DNA of 64,000 nucleotides from Phaeosaccion multiseriatum. Lineage: Eukaryota; Protista; Ochrophyta, other classes. The notes beneath the pieces were generated by a model, which saw only the letters and a program-made list of their open reading frames with translations, had not been told where the DNA came from and did not search any database. The stretch's first letter is position 1. Each line of letters starts with the position of its first letter. The stretch lies in contig OZ218956.1 of NCBI GenBank assembly GCA_965112735.1, forward strand, positions 2,976,001 through 3,040,000, in the 5' to 3' direction. Made by a program: the position numbers and the translations under genes. Positions 25,521 to 38,764 of the stretch are shown here, piece by piece.

Positions 25521-27606
25521 TTAGTACTGCTGTCTGTTCCTGCTCCTGTTCCGAGGATGGTGATGATGCGCCCTCCTCCCTGCCTGGAGCCCTCCCACGG
25601 CCCCCTCCAAGCCTGTACAGCTCCCCCTCGCTCGGTTTCGGTCTGCAACACCCCTCCTCCTCCTCCTCCTCCTCCTCCTCCTCCTCCTCCTCCTCCTCCT
25701 CCTCCTCCTCCTCCTCCTCCTCCTCCTCCTCCTCCTCCTCCTCCTCCTCCCCCTCCTCCTCCTCCTCCTCCTCCTCCTCCTCCTCCTCCTCCTCCTCCTC
25801 CTCCTCCTCTTCCTCCTCTTCCTGCGCCTGCTGCTCTTCCCCCCCATCGCCCTCTTCCTCCTCCTGCTGCTCCTCTCCCCCCCCCCCTCCTCCCTCTCGT
25901 GATCCTCCTCCCCCACTCCATGGCCTGCACCAGTCCTCACTGTAGAGAAGTCCGGTAGCAGAGTGGTCGGCAGGCTCCCAGTGAAGCTATCAATACTGCT
26001 CGCGTTGCTACTAATGACAGATGCATCTCGGTCCGAAAGTGATCGCTCACTGGCGCCACTGGAGCTGCCGCTGCTGCCACTGCTGCCACTGCTGCCACTG
26101 CTGCTGCTGCTGCTGCTGTGGTACACTTGGCTGCGAAGCTTCCTGTTCTCCGATGAGAGGCGGCAGTATGCTGTCATCATGAGAGCCAAATGGTGCGTAA
26201 AACATATGAAGGTTGGTGGAGGGAGAGGGGGTGGGGGTGGGGCCGCGAGCAGAGAAGAGGGGGAGGGTGAGGGGGGAGGAAAGGAATGTGTGGAGTCACG
26301 GAGGAGATGAACGCGCGTGCCGGGGAGGGATGAAAAAGCTCCCCCAGAGATGAAAAGGATGCGTGGAACTCTCTCCTTCTGTCTCGTTTTGTCCACACCA
26401 CCCACGCAGAGTTTGAGTTCCAGCGAAGCGCCTTTCTGCACCGCCTTGGAGTGCCATCCGCCCCTCCTCACTCACCTTTTACAAGCTTGCTGTATCTCTC
26501 GGCCATGGGGCTGCTCGCTGTCCGCTGCTCCTCGTACAGGCTCTTGTACGCATGCAGGAGTCTGGAGGCGGAAACCAAGGAGCGTGACTTGCTTAATAAA
26601 CAACTAAAAGACGGGGGATGGAGAAAAGACTACAAACGCACGTATACACACACACTCTCTCTCTCACACACACACATACACACATTCACAACCTCATATC
26701 CTCACTCACTCACCCTTCCACTTGGTGCCTGCGCTTCCGCTCCTGCAGCCTGGCGGTGCGGCCCTTTGTGTCACTCATGGTCCCCTTGGCCAGCTGGAAA
26801 GTGAGACCGCTCTTCTCCCGCCTCAAAGTGCCCGCCTCTCTCGTCAGGCGCGCATTCTCCTCCCGCAATGCTATGCACTCCTCCTCCATGTTTGCCCTTC
26901 CTCTCTCCTCCGTCATGCTCGACAAGTTCTCCGCCCTCTCCTCCGCTTTTTCTTGCTCTTCTTGCCCTTCATCCTCCTCCTTATCCTCTTCCTCCTCCTC
27001 CTCCTCCTCCCCTTCCACCTCCTCTTCTTGCTTCTCCTGCTTCTTCTCCTCGCCCTCCTCGCCGCATTCAACTGCCAGCAGCATCTGGCTTTGCTTGGAG
27101 AGAGCCCTCCACGCACGAATATCGACATCTTGCTCGCGAAGTGCCTCCTCGCCTTGCTTTCGAAGCTTGCGCTCCTTTTGGACCTCCCTCTTTAGCTCTG
27201 AGATCTCCTCATCCCTTCGCTCGAGCTGCTGCTGAAGCTGAAGGACCTCCCTCTCGTGCTCCTCCTCCATCTGAAGCCGACACTGCTGCGCCGCCTCCTC
27301 ACTGTCTCGTCGGATATTTCGCTGCTGCCGATACGATGAGCTACAGGTACCGCCATTCACGTGGTCGGGCTCCCTTCGAGCCAGCCATGAATGAGAGGGA
27401 CGAAGGAGGGGAGGGGAAAGAGGTATGGAGGAGAAGAGGCCATCACCGCTGTTACTGCTACCGCAGTTGGTGCTGCTGGGGCTGGTGCTGTAGTTTTTCT
27501 CGCTGTTGTCTTTCACTACTTCATACTCGCAGGTGGTGTACCCAAGCGAGTGGATGAACTCAAGACTAACCGAAGACCTTCCAGCAGACAATTCAAAGGT
27601 CGCCAT
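25521..27606 (-). CDS. Hypothetical coiled-coil protein, multi-exon; ends uncertain
   Basis: Heptad-rich EVLQLQQQLERRDEEISELKREVQKERKLRK and IALREENARL; GT-AG-bounded exons. Confidence 0.55.
25654..25810. repeat. (CCT)n microsatellite
   Basis: Directly visible. Confidence 0.95.
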
Positions 27607-27889
27607 CTCTCTTCTTGACGTAGGAATGCCGCTACTTTCGCTTGAACCTTCCCCGCAATTCCCTTCTGTATCCTCTAAGCGATGGAGAGAGGTAAGGAGT
27701 AGAGGAGGGGAAGAGGTCCGCGCTCCTCTTATCGCAACGTGGGCAGTTGATTCAAAAATGAGAAAATGAGAGAGGAGGGAGTGAAATTCAAACTTTCCGT
27801 GACTTATAAATTCAACTTGCTTCGGGATTGCAGACAAGCAGTCAGGCAGCGTCTTCGCTCCTTCGAAGATGGTTCCCTCCCACCTGAAG

Positions 27890-28998
27890 ATGGTCAACTT
27901 CCTCATGGTACGGGCGGAGTCTCTTTGCTAAACTGTTTCTTCGCTCCTAACGTTTTCTCCCTCTCTTCCTCAACAAGTCTTTGGTGGAGCTCTGCATCGG
28001 CGCCAGGAGCATCTTCTTCCCAACACAGAGCCTCCCCCTCTACAAGGACAGCGAGGTCGTCGAGAAGACCATGGGGTCAGCTCCTGGGGATGGAACACTT
28101 CTGGTACGTGGCAAAGCCTTGCCTTGCCCCTCAAATTGCTCCACCCCCTTGAAATTACTCTCGCCACCCCCCCCCCCACCCCTTCAGATGAGTACCATGT
28201 TCGGTCTCGTCGTCTGCCAGATGGGGCTCATAAAACTCGCGCTATTCAACACCGTTTCAGAGGGGCAGGTGAGTCCAGGCAGCCGGCAGGGGTGAGGACG
28301 GTCCTCACAAGGGGAGGGGATAGGAGGAAACACTAGTGCCGCCTTTTCCGAGCCCCGCTCTTCCTTGCCGGGCTCATGTCTTATGAGCTTTGCGCCAAAG
28401 AGTTGTGATGCTCGCAGAGAAAACCCATTCGCCAACTGTGCGCTCACTGATTATTTCTCCCTTACTCTCTTGCTTCGAATTTGTCCCCACCACCACTGCT
28501 GGGTTGTGAAGCTGGTTCGCAAGAACGTTTCAATCGTTGTTGGGCTGTATGCCCTCTTCTCTCTCGTCGTGCTGGTGCCTGCCCTTCAGACGGTGAGACA
28601 GCACGCACCACACCATAGCAGTTGGTTGTCTGGGCTCACACCATGGATGTGTTTCACTGTTGATTATTCCTCCCGCCTCTGTCCTACCTATTGCTCGTAC
28701 TTTTGACGATGCAAGGGCCGCGCTTGGCTGACACACTCACTGCTGCCAAGGGGGGTATCACAAGAGAGGCACTCAGTTGATGACTGGAAACTTAACACAC
28801 CACCCGCTCCTTGCTTACTTCTATTCCCTCCGACCCCCTGCGCGGTCCCCTGTCACCCACCCACCGCTCGCTGCGCAGAATGGCATCGATCCAACTTCGA
28901 CAATAGCTTATGTGGGTATGCAGGGTCTGCTGTTTTTGGCTTTCGGGCTTGGCAAGTCTCGCAAGCTCAAAGACAAGGTGGCGCATAAGACAAACTAA
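27890..28998 (+). CDS. Small multi-pass membrane protein, about 5 exons
   Basis: MVNFLM|SLVELCIGARSIFFP...|MSTMFGLVVCQMGLIKLALF...|LVRKNVSIVVGLYALFSLVVLVPALQT|NGID...GLLFLAFGLGKSRKLKDKVAHKTN*. Confidence 0.65.
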
Positions 28999-29327
28999 GT
29001 AGACGGGATCGATCTTTAGATACACAAGACAGTTTCTCTCTCTCTCTCTCTTTCTTTCACCTTCACAAGACAAAACTAGAAAGGTGTAGAGTGGAGTAAG
29101 TACAGCGGTGGGCGGTGGTTGCAGCCGCAGCAGCAGAGGGGTAAGAGGGGCTTCTTTTCCTGTGCGGCCATGCTGATCCAAGTTAAACCCAAATTAAATG
29201 CGATGGGGCTTTGGGCCTCGCTCTCTTTATTATTTCTTCAAAGAGCTGCTGCAGAAGCACGACACTTGTACAAGAAGAAGACACTATCAACCCCTCTTTG
29301 AGCTCCACAATCAGCCCCACAAACAAA

Positions 29328-32300
29328 TCAACCCTGCTGCTGCTGCTGCTTGCTCCTCCACCGCACCGCATTCGCCCTACCCATTTCCCCCGCCGAGATC
29401 TCAAAGTCCACATAGCGAGACCAAAGCAGCGGCTCCTCCGCTCCAAAGCGGGCACAGCCCTCCTCTAGCACTGCTCGCACGCGCTTGCGGCCTCTTTCGC
29501 TCGCGTCTTGAGCAGCATCAGCAGGGCTGCCCTCGTCCCTCTTCTCTCTCTTTCGCTTCTTCCGCTTCTTGTTGCTGCCCCCCCCGCCGTCCTCCTCCTC
29601 CTCCTCCTGCTGCCGCCGCTGCTGCTGCTGCTGCTGCTGTTTTTGCGCGTGTTGGTGATTCTCCGGGCAGCACTTTAGCATCGTCGCCATGGTCCTTGAG
29701 CTCGACGCCGCCGCTTCAAGCATCTGCACAGCGGTCAGGTACACAGCCGAAAAAGCGGGGTGAGGCCCCAACAGCCCTCGACTGCGGAGCTCCTCCAGGC
29801 CGTGCACCGCTGCACTCATCCTCCCCCCTCGCCCTCCTCCTCCTGCTGTATCACCAACTGCTTGGGCTGCTCTCCACCGCAGAAAGTCACACCCGAGCTG
29901 TGCGGCTGCCTCGGCGTGAGGGGCGCCGCTGTCGACGCTGTTGAGCGCCGCAATCGCACTCTTGAAGGCTCCCGACACGCGTTGATAGCCGTCGGTGATG
30001 CCCTTCGTCCTGTCCCTGCTGGTGCTGGTGCTGGTGGTACTGCTGCTGACGATGGCTAAATCAATGAGCTCCTGCCACAACGTGGGATACAGGGGATCCG
30101 TGCTACGCCTGCGGGAGGAGGAGGAGAGAGAGAGGCGAAACACAAAAATAGAGAGAGACAGACACAGAGAGAGAGAGAGAGAGACGACTTTGAGGGGGAG
30201 CACACTGCCCTTTGCCATTCTACACACCCACATATGCACACACCATACACGCACAAACAAAACACACAAACGCATACACACATTCGTGTATTCGACTCAC
30301 CCGACCGCGCAGAGCCCTTCCCTCAGCACCTTCTCCACCTCGCCTCTTCCTCCTTCCTCTGGGGCACCGCCGGTACCTGTAGAAGAAGCAGCAGCTGCGG
30401 CTTGGACAGCTTGGTGTCTCCGTAGAGTAGCTACACGCCATAGCCACACTTCACAGCTCCGTGAACAAAGGCTGCTCCTACTCCCACTCCCACCCCTCTT
30501 GCTGCTACTGGAAGTAGACGCGTTGGTGGTACACGTTGCTCGCTCCAATACCCGCAAGGCGTCTTGTGGCTGCCCCAGCCTCAGCGCCAGCGTCGCTCGA
30601 GTGAGCACGAGCCAGACCCGAGCAGACTCGGCCAGAGACGCCGCTGACTCCGCATCATCAGGGCCATCACCATCCCCACCAGCACTAGCGGTAGCAGCAG
30701 CATCAACAGCAGATGGTGATACAGCACCGGTGGCCGGAGTGACGACAGCGTCTATGGCTCTATCCAACACACTGACCAACTTCGCTGCCGCGGAGCGGGC
30801 TCTCTGCTCTTCTCGCCCTTGCTCCTCTTCATCATCACCACCATCATCATCACCCTCTTCTTGCTCCTCTCCCCCCCCCTCCTCCTCCTCATGGTCTCCC
30901 CCTCCTCCTCGTCGGGTCGCGAGGAGGTCGCGTTGCAGCGTCTCCGCGTAGCCCCGCCAAGCCGTGGGGTCCGTCCGCACCACCTCCTCCCTCAGTGCCT
31001 CCTCCCACACCTCTGCCCCTCCTCCTCCACCTCCTCCTCCTCCCTCGCGGCTCTCTGCCCAGTTGGCCCGTACCTCCCATGCAGGGGCGAAGTGGGGGAA
31101 ATCCTTTTGCAGAGAGTCCAGAATGCGCTTTTCCACCCTTGCTGTGAGAGCGGCCGGAAACTGCCCGCAAATGTCCAGGAATCCGGCCCGAAATTGCACC
31201 GCTCGAAGGGCTGCATCCCCCGCTGCTGTGATCGCGGTGGCAGCAGAGGCGGTCTGGTGAAAGGCATGGGAGGAGCTGCTTCTCTTCTTCTTCCTGCTAC
31301 TGCTCCAACTCGCGCTGCTCGGTTCTGCTGCTCCTGTTGCTGTTGCTGCTGCTGATCCTGGCAGCTCTACTTCGCACGCTTTGCAGAAGATTGCCCACGG
31401 AACCGCTCCACCGTACACGTCTAGCTGCTGCTTCCCGTCCGTCAGTGCTACTGCTGCTTGGGCAAGAGGAGATCGGGCAAGATGAGATATATAGAGAGAG
31501 AGGAGGGTGAAAACGGACCAGACGCACACGGAGACAGACCCAACGAAGCAGGATAGAGAGGGAGAGGGAGGGCTGGAAAGGAGGGGCGGTGCTGACAAGG
31601 CAGAAGCGAGCGCTGCCGGAGGGGCAGTGGGCATTGCGCAATCGATCGAATCTCTCTCTCCCTTGGGCATTGGCAATCCAGTGAGTCTCTCTGTCTCTCA
31701 CTTGGGAACAGGACTAAAGATTGAACATGTCTCTCATTCTTCGTTTCTCTCTCTCTCTCTCTCTCGCGTGAGTGGATACGCGTACTGCCGCTGCCTCATT
31801 CTCATCCATCCACCAGGACGCCATCGGCAACAGAAAGAAGGACACAAGGAAGACTGGTCAGCTCACCTGAGGACGAGGCACCCTCCCCTTCGTCGCCGTG
31901 CTCGTCAAGAGGGAGGGTGGATATTCCCTCGATGGCCTCGGCTGTGGCTTTACGATCGGCACCACCTGTGAAAGGCAAATATAAGCACGGAGAGGAGGAG
32001 GAGGAGGAGGAGGAGGAGGAGGAGGAGGAGAGAGGGATTACATAACCGCACTGAGAGTGTGCTTCTTCATCTTGTTGCAGACGCTGGGCTCTGTGCAGGT
32101 TGGTAAAGGCAATGGCATGCATAGGAGCGATGCAGTGACAAGCAGGAGCATGTGCAGGGGAGGGGAAGCAAGCTTTATGTCACCCTCCCCTCGGCTATGA
32201 ATGCCTCCTCAATCAATCAACCCCTTCCCTCCCTCCTCAGCCCGCACTCCTTCAACCCCTCACCTCCCCCGAGCTTCAGCACATCTCTCCTCCCCACGAG

Positions 32301-34079
32301 TTTGTGCACATAGGCCCACTCCAGTTTGAAGTATTGGTGCCAGAGCTTGGGCGTGGTGGGGTTGAGTCGGAGCGCCCTCTGCATCAGCACTCGCGCCGCC
32401 GAGGTGTTGCCACACTCAAAGCACTCGTAACTGCCCACACACACACAGAGAGAGAGAGAGAGAGACAAGGTGGATAAATACTAGGCGAAACTGAATGCAA
32501 ACTTGTTGTCCGTCTTTGCCTCTTTGCCTGCTTGCTTCCATTCATCGTAAGCTAGAGGACCTTTTCTATATCCTTACCTAGCGGCTTTGATCCACAGGCC
32601 CGCGTTGCGGGGGTGCAGTTGAAGGGCCTTCGCGAAAAGCTGCCCCAGTGACTTTGTGCTGCCTACTTTGGATGAAAAGTCGATGTGCTGAAGGCAATCA
32701 TTGAATAGGATCAAACAAAGGGGAGATGGGAGGGAGTGAGTTGGGGTTGCACATGAATGGGCGACAGGAGAAGACCACCACGTTCGTCATCATCAGCATG
32801 ATAAGAAGGAAGGAAGGAAGGAAGGAAGGAAGGAAGGAAGGAAGGAAGGAAGGAAGGAAGGAAGGAAGGAAGGAAGGAAGGAAGGAGGATCACCAGAGAC
32901 AGACCAGGCCTTGAGGGGGGGGGGAGTGAAGGCGGAAGCTGCTATTGGGGGGACACATAGAAACGGGGTGGGCAAGGAGCGGGCGAGAGAAGAGAGACGC
33001 CAGAAAAGCGGGCCGGGTCTGCGACAATGACACTCTGCACACAATAAGGCACAGCACAGCACAGCACGGTGAGCGCCGGTACTGAGTGCTGCAGACTGAG
33101 AAAAAAGTGACGCCAGACACATTCACCTGAAGCCACAGATTGACGTCGGCAGGGAAGCGGTACGTAGCTCGGCTGAAGATTTGGTGAATGTTCTTGACAA
33201 TCTGAACTCATCCAGATAGACACCAGAGGTAGAGGTGCCGTGCGGAGGACAGAGAGAGCACCCGAGACAGACCACGAATATCAGCGGCGAGGGAGGATGG
33301 AGCAGCACAAGCCTGAACACCTATTGTATCTCAATCGACCCCCCCCCCGTACCTCACACATATGCTGCCAAAGAGCACCACTGGCTAAGCTTCAGCAGCA
33401 ACGAGCGGGATGGGAGAGAAGTCAGGTTCTGTTCTCCTCCTCCTACCCACAGCCCCCTTCCCCCCCCCCCCCCTCTTCCGGTGACGACAGAGGCGGCAAC
33501 GGCCTAGGAGAAAGCTTGCAAGCTTCCATGCTGATCCTTTGCTTCCTTTTTCAGGTGTTTCCTTCCTCCTTCCCTTCCCCACTCCCTCCATCCCTCCGGT
33601 CGTTCCCTCACCGATGCATCGCAGGCCTCCATCTTGAGCTCCCCCTTTTCCCGAATGATCCTCCTCCTCCTGAGCTTGCGCAGTCCCTCCAGGTCCATCT
33701 CGTACTTGAGGTAGCGAAGGAAGTCGGGCTTGCGCGTGCCCCTTCTCCGCAGTAGGTATTCGAACTCCTTTCGCCGAGCGATGATGGCGCGGACCTACTT
33801 GTGGTGCGGCAGCAAGAGGGAGCAGTTCAGAGTCGTAGCTCCAGTGCTAGGGTTCTCGTGGTCTACCACTCGTAGGTAAGGGAAAGCTTGAGGCCAATGG
33901 GGCAGATGCAACTCTCCTAAGTCACAAATACTCCTTCAATGTCTTGGTCTTCCCGTGCCTTCTCCCCCATCTCCTTCTCCCTTTCCCCTCACCTCCGGCA
34001 GAGTGAAGATCCCCCTTCCGCGGAGCTCCTCCAGCTGAGGCAGCATCCTCTCCACCGTTGCCTGCACCGCATCGGCCAT
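29328..34079 (-). CDS. UTP6: U3 snoRNA-associated protein 6 (HAT repeats), multi-exon
   Basis: MADAVQATVERMLPQLEELRRKGIFTLPE|VRAIIARRKEFEY...DFLRYLKYEMDLE; ALQLHPRNAGLWIKAA; SAARVLMQRALRLNP...LWHQYFKLE. Confidence 0.92.
32806..32886. repeat. (GAAG)n microsatellite, intronic
   Basis: Directly visible. Confidence 0.95.
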
Positions 34080-34221
34080 GGTCGAACGTTAAAGCCTCTC
34101 TCCTAACGAGCTCCTATGTGTGTGTGTATGGTTGCACAGCCACCGACAACAGTATGTCAGCAAACCCAGGATCCTTACGTAACTTCTGACGAACCCTTTT
34201 TGCTCGTTGTGACCTTCCAAT

Positions 34222-34349
34222 AACCCCTGATACACTATCCGCTATCCGCTATCGCCGGCGCCAGCCGGCGCGCTATCCGATATCGGCCGCTATCGGCCAG
34301 CGGCCGATAGCGCGCTATCGAGAATGTGGGCGATAGTGTATCAGGGGTT
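34222..34349. mobile_element. MITE-like element A (128 bp, 18-bp perfect terminal inverted repeat)
   Basis: AACCCCTGATACACTATC ... GATAGTGTATCAGGGGTT, with internal GCTATC/GATAGC repeats; no clear target-site duplication. Confidence 0.65.
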
Positions 34350-34438
34350 GATTCCAACCCAGATACAACTGCGTATTGATGCGTATCGTAGGGTGAAAAC
34401 CCAAATCCTAGTACCCTAGCCTTTAGGCAAAAAAGAAG

Positions 34439-34536
34439 TCGGCCCCTGACATGCTTGGTTCCTGCTTCTGGCCGGCGCCAGCCGGCCTGCTTCCTGCTTC
34501 TGGGCTGGCCTGTCTCAGAAGCATGTCAGGGGCCGA
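34439..34536. mobile_element. MITE-like element B, short copy (18-bp TIR)
   Basis: TCGGCCCCTGACATGCTT ... AAGCATGTCAGGGGCCGA; 34471-34536 is the exact reverse complement of 61196-61261. Confidence 0.8.
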
Positions 34537-35018
34537 TCAATGAAGGAGGGAAACTTTTCGGGGCTGGACAAGGTTACTGCTCCCTGATTACTGATTATGG
34601 CGCCAGCCGGGCCTGATTATTATGACCGGCGCCAGCCGGCCTGATTACTGCTTATGCCAACGCACTCTGTAACCTTGATACTGAGGGAGGGCGCCGAGAA
34701 GCACGAATCACGCCTGCAGCGGTGCACAGAATCACGAATCACGCCTCCGGCGGCCGCCAGAATCATCACGTTTCCCTGCTTACTATCAACGAGGGTATTT
34801 CCTTGGTATCATTTGCAAGTATCTATTTTTTTTAGTGTGGCATACTTTTAAGAACCACATGTAATTGTTGTTGGCCTCTGTAAGCAGACGCGTACTCTCG
34901 GTCGTATTCTCTCGAGTTGGACGCCTTTCTTAGCTACCCCCCTTTTCTAATAGAGGGTATCGTACAAGAGACAAAGCTTAAGCGAGAAGGGAAGTGGTGT
35001 CCTCGCAAGAGACAAAGT

Positions 35019-35425
35019 TCAAGCGAGATAGGAGGTGGTGGTGTCCTCGGCCGAGGAGAGAAAGTTACAACGCACGTCCCTTTCCTCTTCTATGTCCATC
35101 TCGTCTTGGGCCCTGTCAGCCCGCTCGGTGAGAAGCGCTGCCACCGTGGGATCTGCAAGGAATTTTGCCACTGGGAAGTGCGTGGGAAGGGGGAAGGATG
35201 GACAAAGATGGAGCAGATAAAAAGAGGGAAAAAGAAGTCAGTCGCTCCCCCCTGCTCCCTTTCAATCGCTCCCCCCTGCTCCCTTTCACTCTCCCTCCCT
35301 CCCTCCCATACTCACGAAAGTTCTGGTCAAGCATTCTTTCCACCTCGTCCACCGAACGGCTTAGAATGTTCCTGCGATCATTCTGTGAAGGTGGGGGGGG
35401 GGGGTTCAGAGGGGGAGGGGGAGAG

Positions 35426-35494
<69 letters not shown>

Positions 35495-38400
35495 GAACAG
35501 AGAGAGAGAGGGGGAGGGACAAAGATATTGTGAGGGAGAGAGAGTGTGTGTCAGACCTCGGCATGGAGGGGGAACTCATGGAGTGAGTCATCCATCGGGG
35601 CACATGGTGCGTAAGAATGTCGGGACCGCTCTTGTTGAGCGAGAGAATAACAGGCACCGCTCGAGAAGGAGGGGGTGTGAATCTAGTAAGAGAGCAAGGC
35701 AGCGCAGGGCAACGTAAGGCAGAGAAAGACAGACAAAGTATGCCCTCGCTGCATTTCCCAAGTGGCTGCTGCCAATGCTCGCCCCACGCACCTCACTGGC
35801 CGCTGCGTAGGCCGAAAATTCGAGCAACATCCTTGCCTTCTTGCGCATGCTGGAATTGACGTTGACCTCCAACTCTGCTCCGCGTCGAAGGAAGAGGTCG
35901 CACACATCCTGATACTTGGCAAAGCACGCCTTGCCCTCTGGGGTAGTTGGTGATACGGCGGCGTCCACCAGAGTCAGGGCGATGTACTCGTCAACAGCCC
36001 GTAAGAAGGCGTGTGACTCGAGACAAAACATACGCTGGAGGTATGACTGAAAGAGCTTGTCCATTTCGCTGTCTGTCATGATGTCTCGCACGCTTTTGAA
36101 AGGCCTGATGAGCTCGTTCAACCGCATCAGCTTGAGACCCGAGCACGACGCAGCGGGCTTTAGCTCGACTGTCTGTCTCTTTTTCGAGGGCTGCAATGTA
36201 ATGTAGTGTCGTGTGGTGTGGTGTGCAAGGGCATGGCAAGGAGGAGCGAACGAAGGAAGCAAGCGCAACGGAAAGGAGCGAGAGGGGGACAGGAAGGGAG
36301 AGAATCAAGGAGATCAGAAATGAGAGCGAGCACAATCAAAGCAAAGCAAAGGGGGGTCGCACAGGACAGTGTGTGTGTATTTGCGTCCGTGCGTGCGTGC
36401 GTGCGTGCGTGCGTCCGTGCGTGCGTGAGTACTCCGGCAAAGAGAGCAAGCCATTTCTCACGGGCACACTGTCGCACAGAGTGATTCATAGCTACGCGCT
36501 TTCACTTGCCTGAGCAGAATCCTCGCCTGCAGCACCGGGGCCTCCTCGTGAAGGAGCCCTGCCTACATGCACAAGCTGTCCCCTTCCCGCAGCATTGGCA
36601 GCTCTCCCAAATGGCCGAACAGCAACAGCAGCAGGTAACGGGCTGCATTGGCTCCTTTCTTGATCGATGCTAGCTGCCACCTTACCCATCCCGCGGCCGT
36701 GAAATACCGAGCCAGTCACAGCCTCTTTGATTTTGTAAAATGTCCCTGAGGACGACCCTTTTCGGTTTTGATGAGCACGCATGTATGTGGCCGTGGGCAA
36801 GCGGGGCCGCGTAAGAGGGAAGGAGCACAACGCGAAGGAGAGAAGTGAGGAGCGACAAACGAAGGAGGAGTGAGTGAGACGGTCGATACAGTCCATCACT
36901 AAGCAAGCAGTAAGGAGTCAAGCAGACCATTGTCGCTGAAGCGAGCCACCGCCTGTGGAAAGGATGGAGGGCCAGTGCGAGCAGGCCTTCCGGAGGAGCC
37001 CGTACGCTCCCTCTCTTCCTTTCTCACTCCCTCCCTCCCTCCCTCGCTCGCTGGCTCGCACGCTCTGTATGTGTGTGTGCGTGCGTACGAGCGTATGTGC
37101 ATGTGTGTGTGTGTGTGTGTGCGTGTGTGTGTGCGTGTGTGTGACCGTATCCCCCCTCATCTTTATCCCATCTTCTTCCTGTTGCTGCACCATATCCCCT
37201 CGTCTGTCGACCGTACCAGTGTCTTCCTTCGCTGAGTACGTTTCTTGTACCCATCCAACCCGAGCATAGTAGCGCGTATGCACAAAGGGCAAAAGGATGG
37301 CGGGAGGGACGAGGAGGAGATCCCACATGTGGCTGGTGATAATCAGGCTAGATGTGCTGTTGATGACGAGAGTGGTCATGTAGCAAAGATCGAACATGCC
37401 ATGTATGAGGGAGACGGCGACCAATTCTTGTCCAATGCGCAAGCTTTGGGAAAGGGGAGGGGTTGGGTTTGTGGGCGGACAGGCAGGGGCGGAGGGGAAC
37501 AGGGGGGGGGGGGGGTACGGGTGAAGGCCGCGCGGGAAGGAACACCACACTCGCGTGATAGAGAGAGACGCACAGAGAGAGAGAAAGAGAGGGGGAGAGA
37601 GCTAGGGAGGGGAGAGAGAGAGCGAGAGAGAGTGAGAGCGAGAGCGAGAGCGAGAGCGAAAAAGAGAGCACGAGAGAGAAAGAGATGGTTTGGGGTAGAT
37701 AGATGTGCACGCACCCGTCGTTGCAAGCTACTACGCGCTTCCCGAAGCACAAGGCAAACAGTCTGAGGATGGCCTTGAGTGGCAAGAAGAACTGCCAGGG
37801 TTGGTAAATGGAGCAGTAGATCTCGTTCGAAGGGTTCGACAGAATGTAGAAGCGAGTGACGAGGAGCGCGACCACCACCAACGGTAAATCCCTGCCCAAA
37901 AGGACCCTCCATCCCCAATCCGGATGTAGCTTGTGCTGGTGCTTCCTGCGATACTCCAGGGTGCCGGTCGCCACCATTAGCCTCTCTCCACGCAGCACTA
38001 GACACCGTCCTGAAAGACCGTACCACACGAGGGAAGGAGGGAGGGAGGGATGGAGACGAGGGAAGGAGGGAGGGAGGGATGGAGGCATGAGTTCGAGGGT
38101 ACATGCATGCGTGCGGGCGTGTGTGCGCTTCCTTTCCATTCTCTCTCCAGGTGGAAGGGACTTCGCTTCTCGTTTACTTACCTACGATTACTTCTTTGAG
38201 AACGCAGAACCACAGAATGAATTCACATGATATTCGCCACCCCTCTAGGTGACAGATTTCTCGCCAGGCAATGAGGATGGCAGTGAGGGCATGCTCAACT
38301 GTGACAAGCAGAAGGGAAAGGGGGGAGGGCGGGAGAAGGCAGCGCTTTGTGATGACCAGATCGAGTAGCGTAGTTTCATAGACTTCCTCATTTACTCTTG

Positions 38401-38764
38401 AGTAGGTGCAAGGCCCGGCCCTACACGGCTGATCCTCGCCCTGATCGAAGTCCCTGATTGAGGAGTTTTGTGAGTACTTACCAGAGATGAAGATGGTTAG
38501 GCCGGGCGACCGCTGCCGCACTGATGGGAGAAGGGAAAAGACGGAGCAGCAGCGGAGGAGGACTCGTTCTGATCAGTTCTGGTCGGCAAGCAGCACGTGC
38601 ACTCAAGAAACCAGCAAGTACTGTTATCTTCATGACTTGTTCCACCCCCTTTACTCACCCGTACGATGGTTGCGATGAACGAACAGCCAAACAATGTGGG
38701 GGAGGAGCAGAAGCGGAAAAACTATGCTCGACCCAATCACAAGGACAGTGGCAGCTGGGTTCAT
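35019..38764 (-). CDS. 7TM-RGS protein (seven-TM receptor-like domain fused to a regulator of G-protein signalling domain), multi-exon
   Basis: About seven hydrophobic segments including HRNHRT|VRQRSP and ACND|SLRIGQEL; RGS domain LFQSYLQRMFCLESHAFLRAVDEY...LFLRRGAELEVNVNSSMR...DEVERMLDQNFR|LAKFL. Confidence 0.8.
35432..35490. repeat. (GA)n microsatellite, intronic
   Basis: Directly visible. Confidence 0.95.

Noticed and set aside
24971-25958. Poly-Gly, poly-Pro and poly-Ser ORFs, and similar poly-L/R/HT/VC ORFs elsewhere
   Set aside because: Translations of microsatellites. Only 24988-25255 is used here, as exon 1 of the plastid protein.
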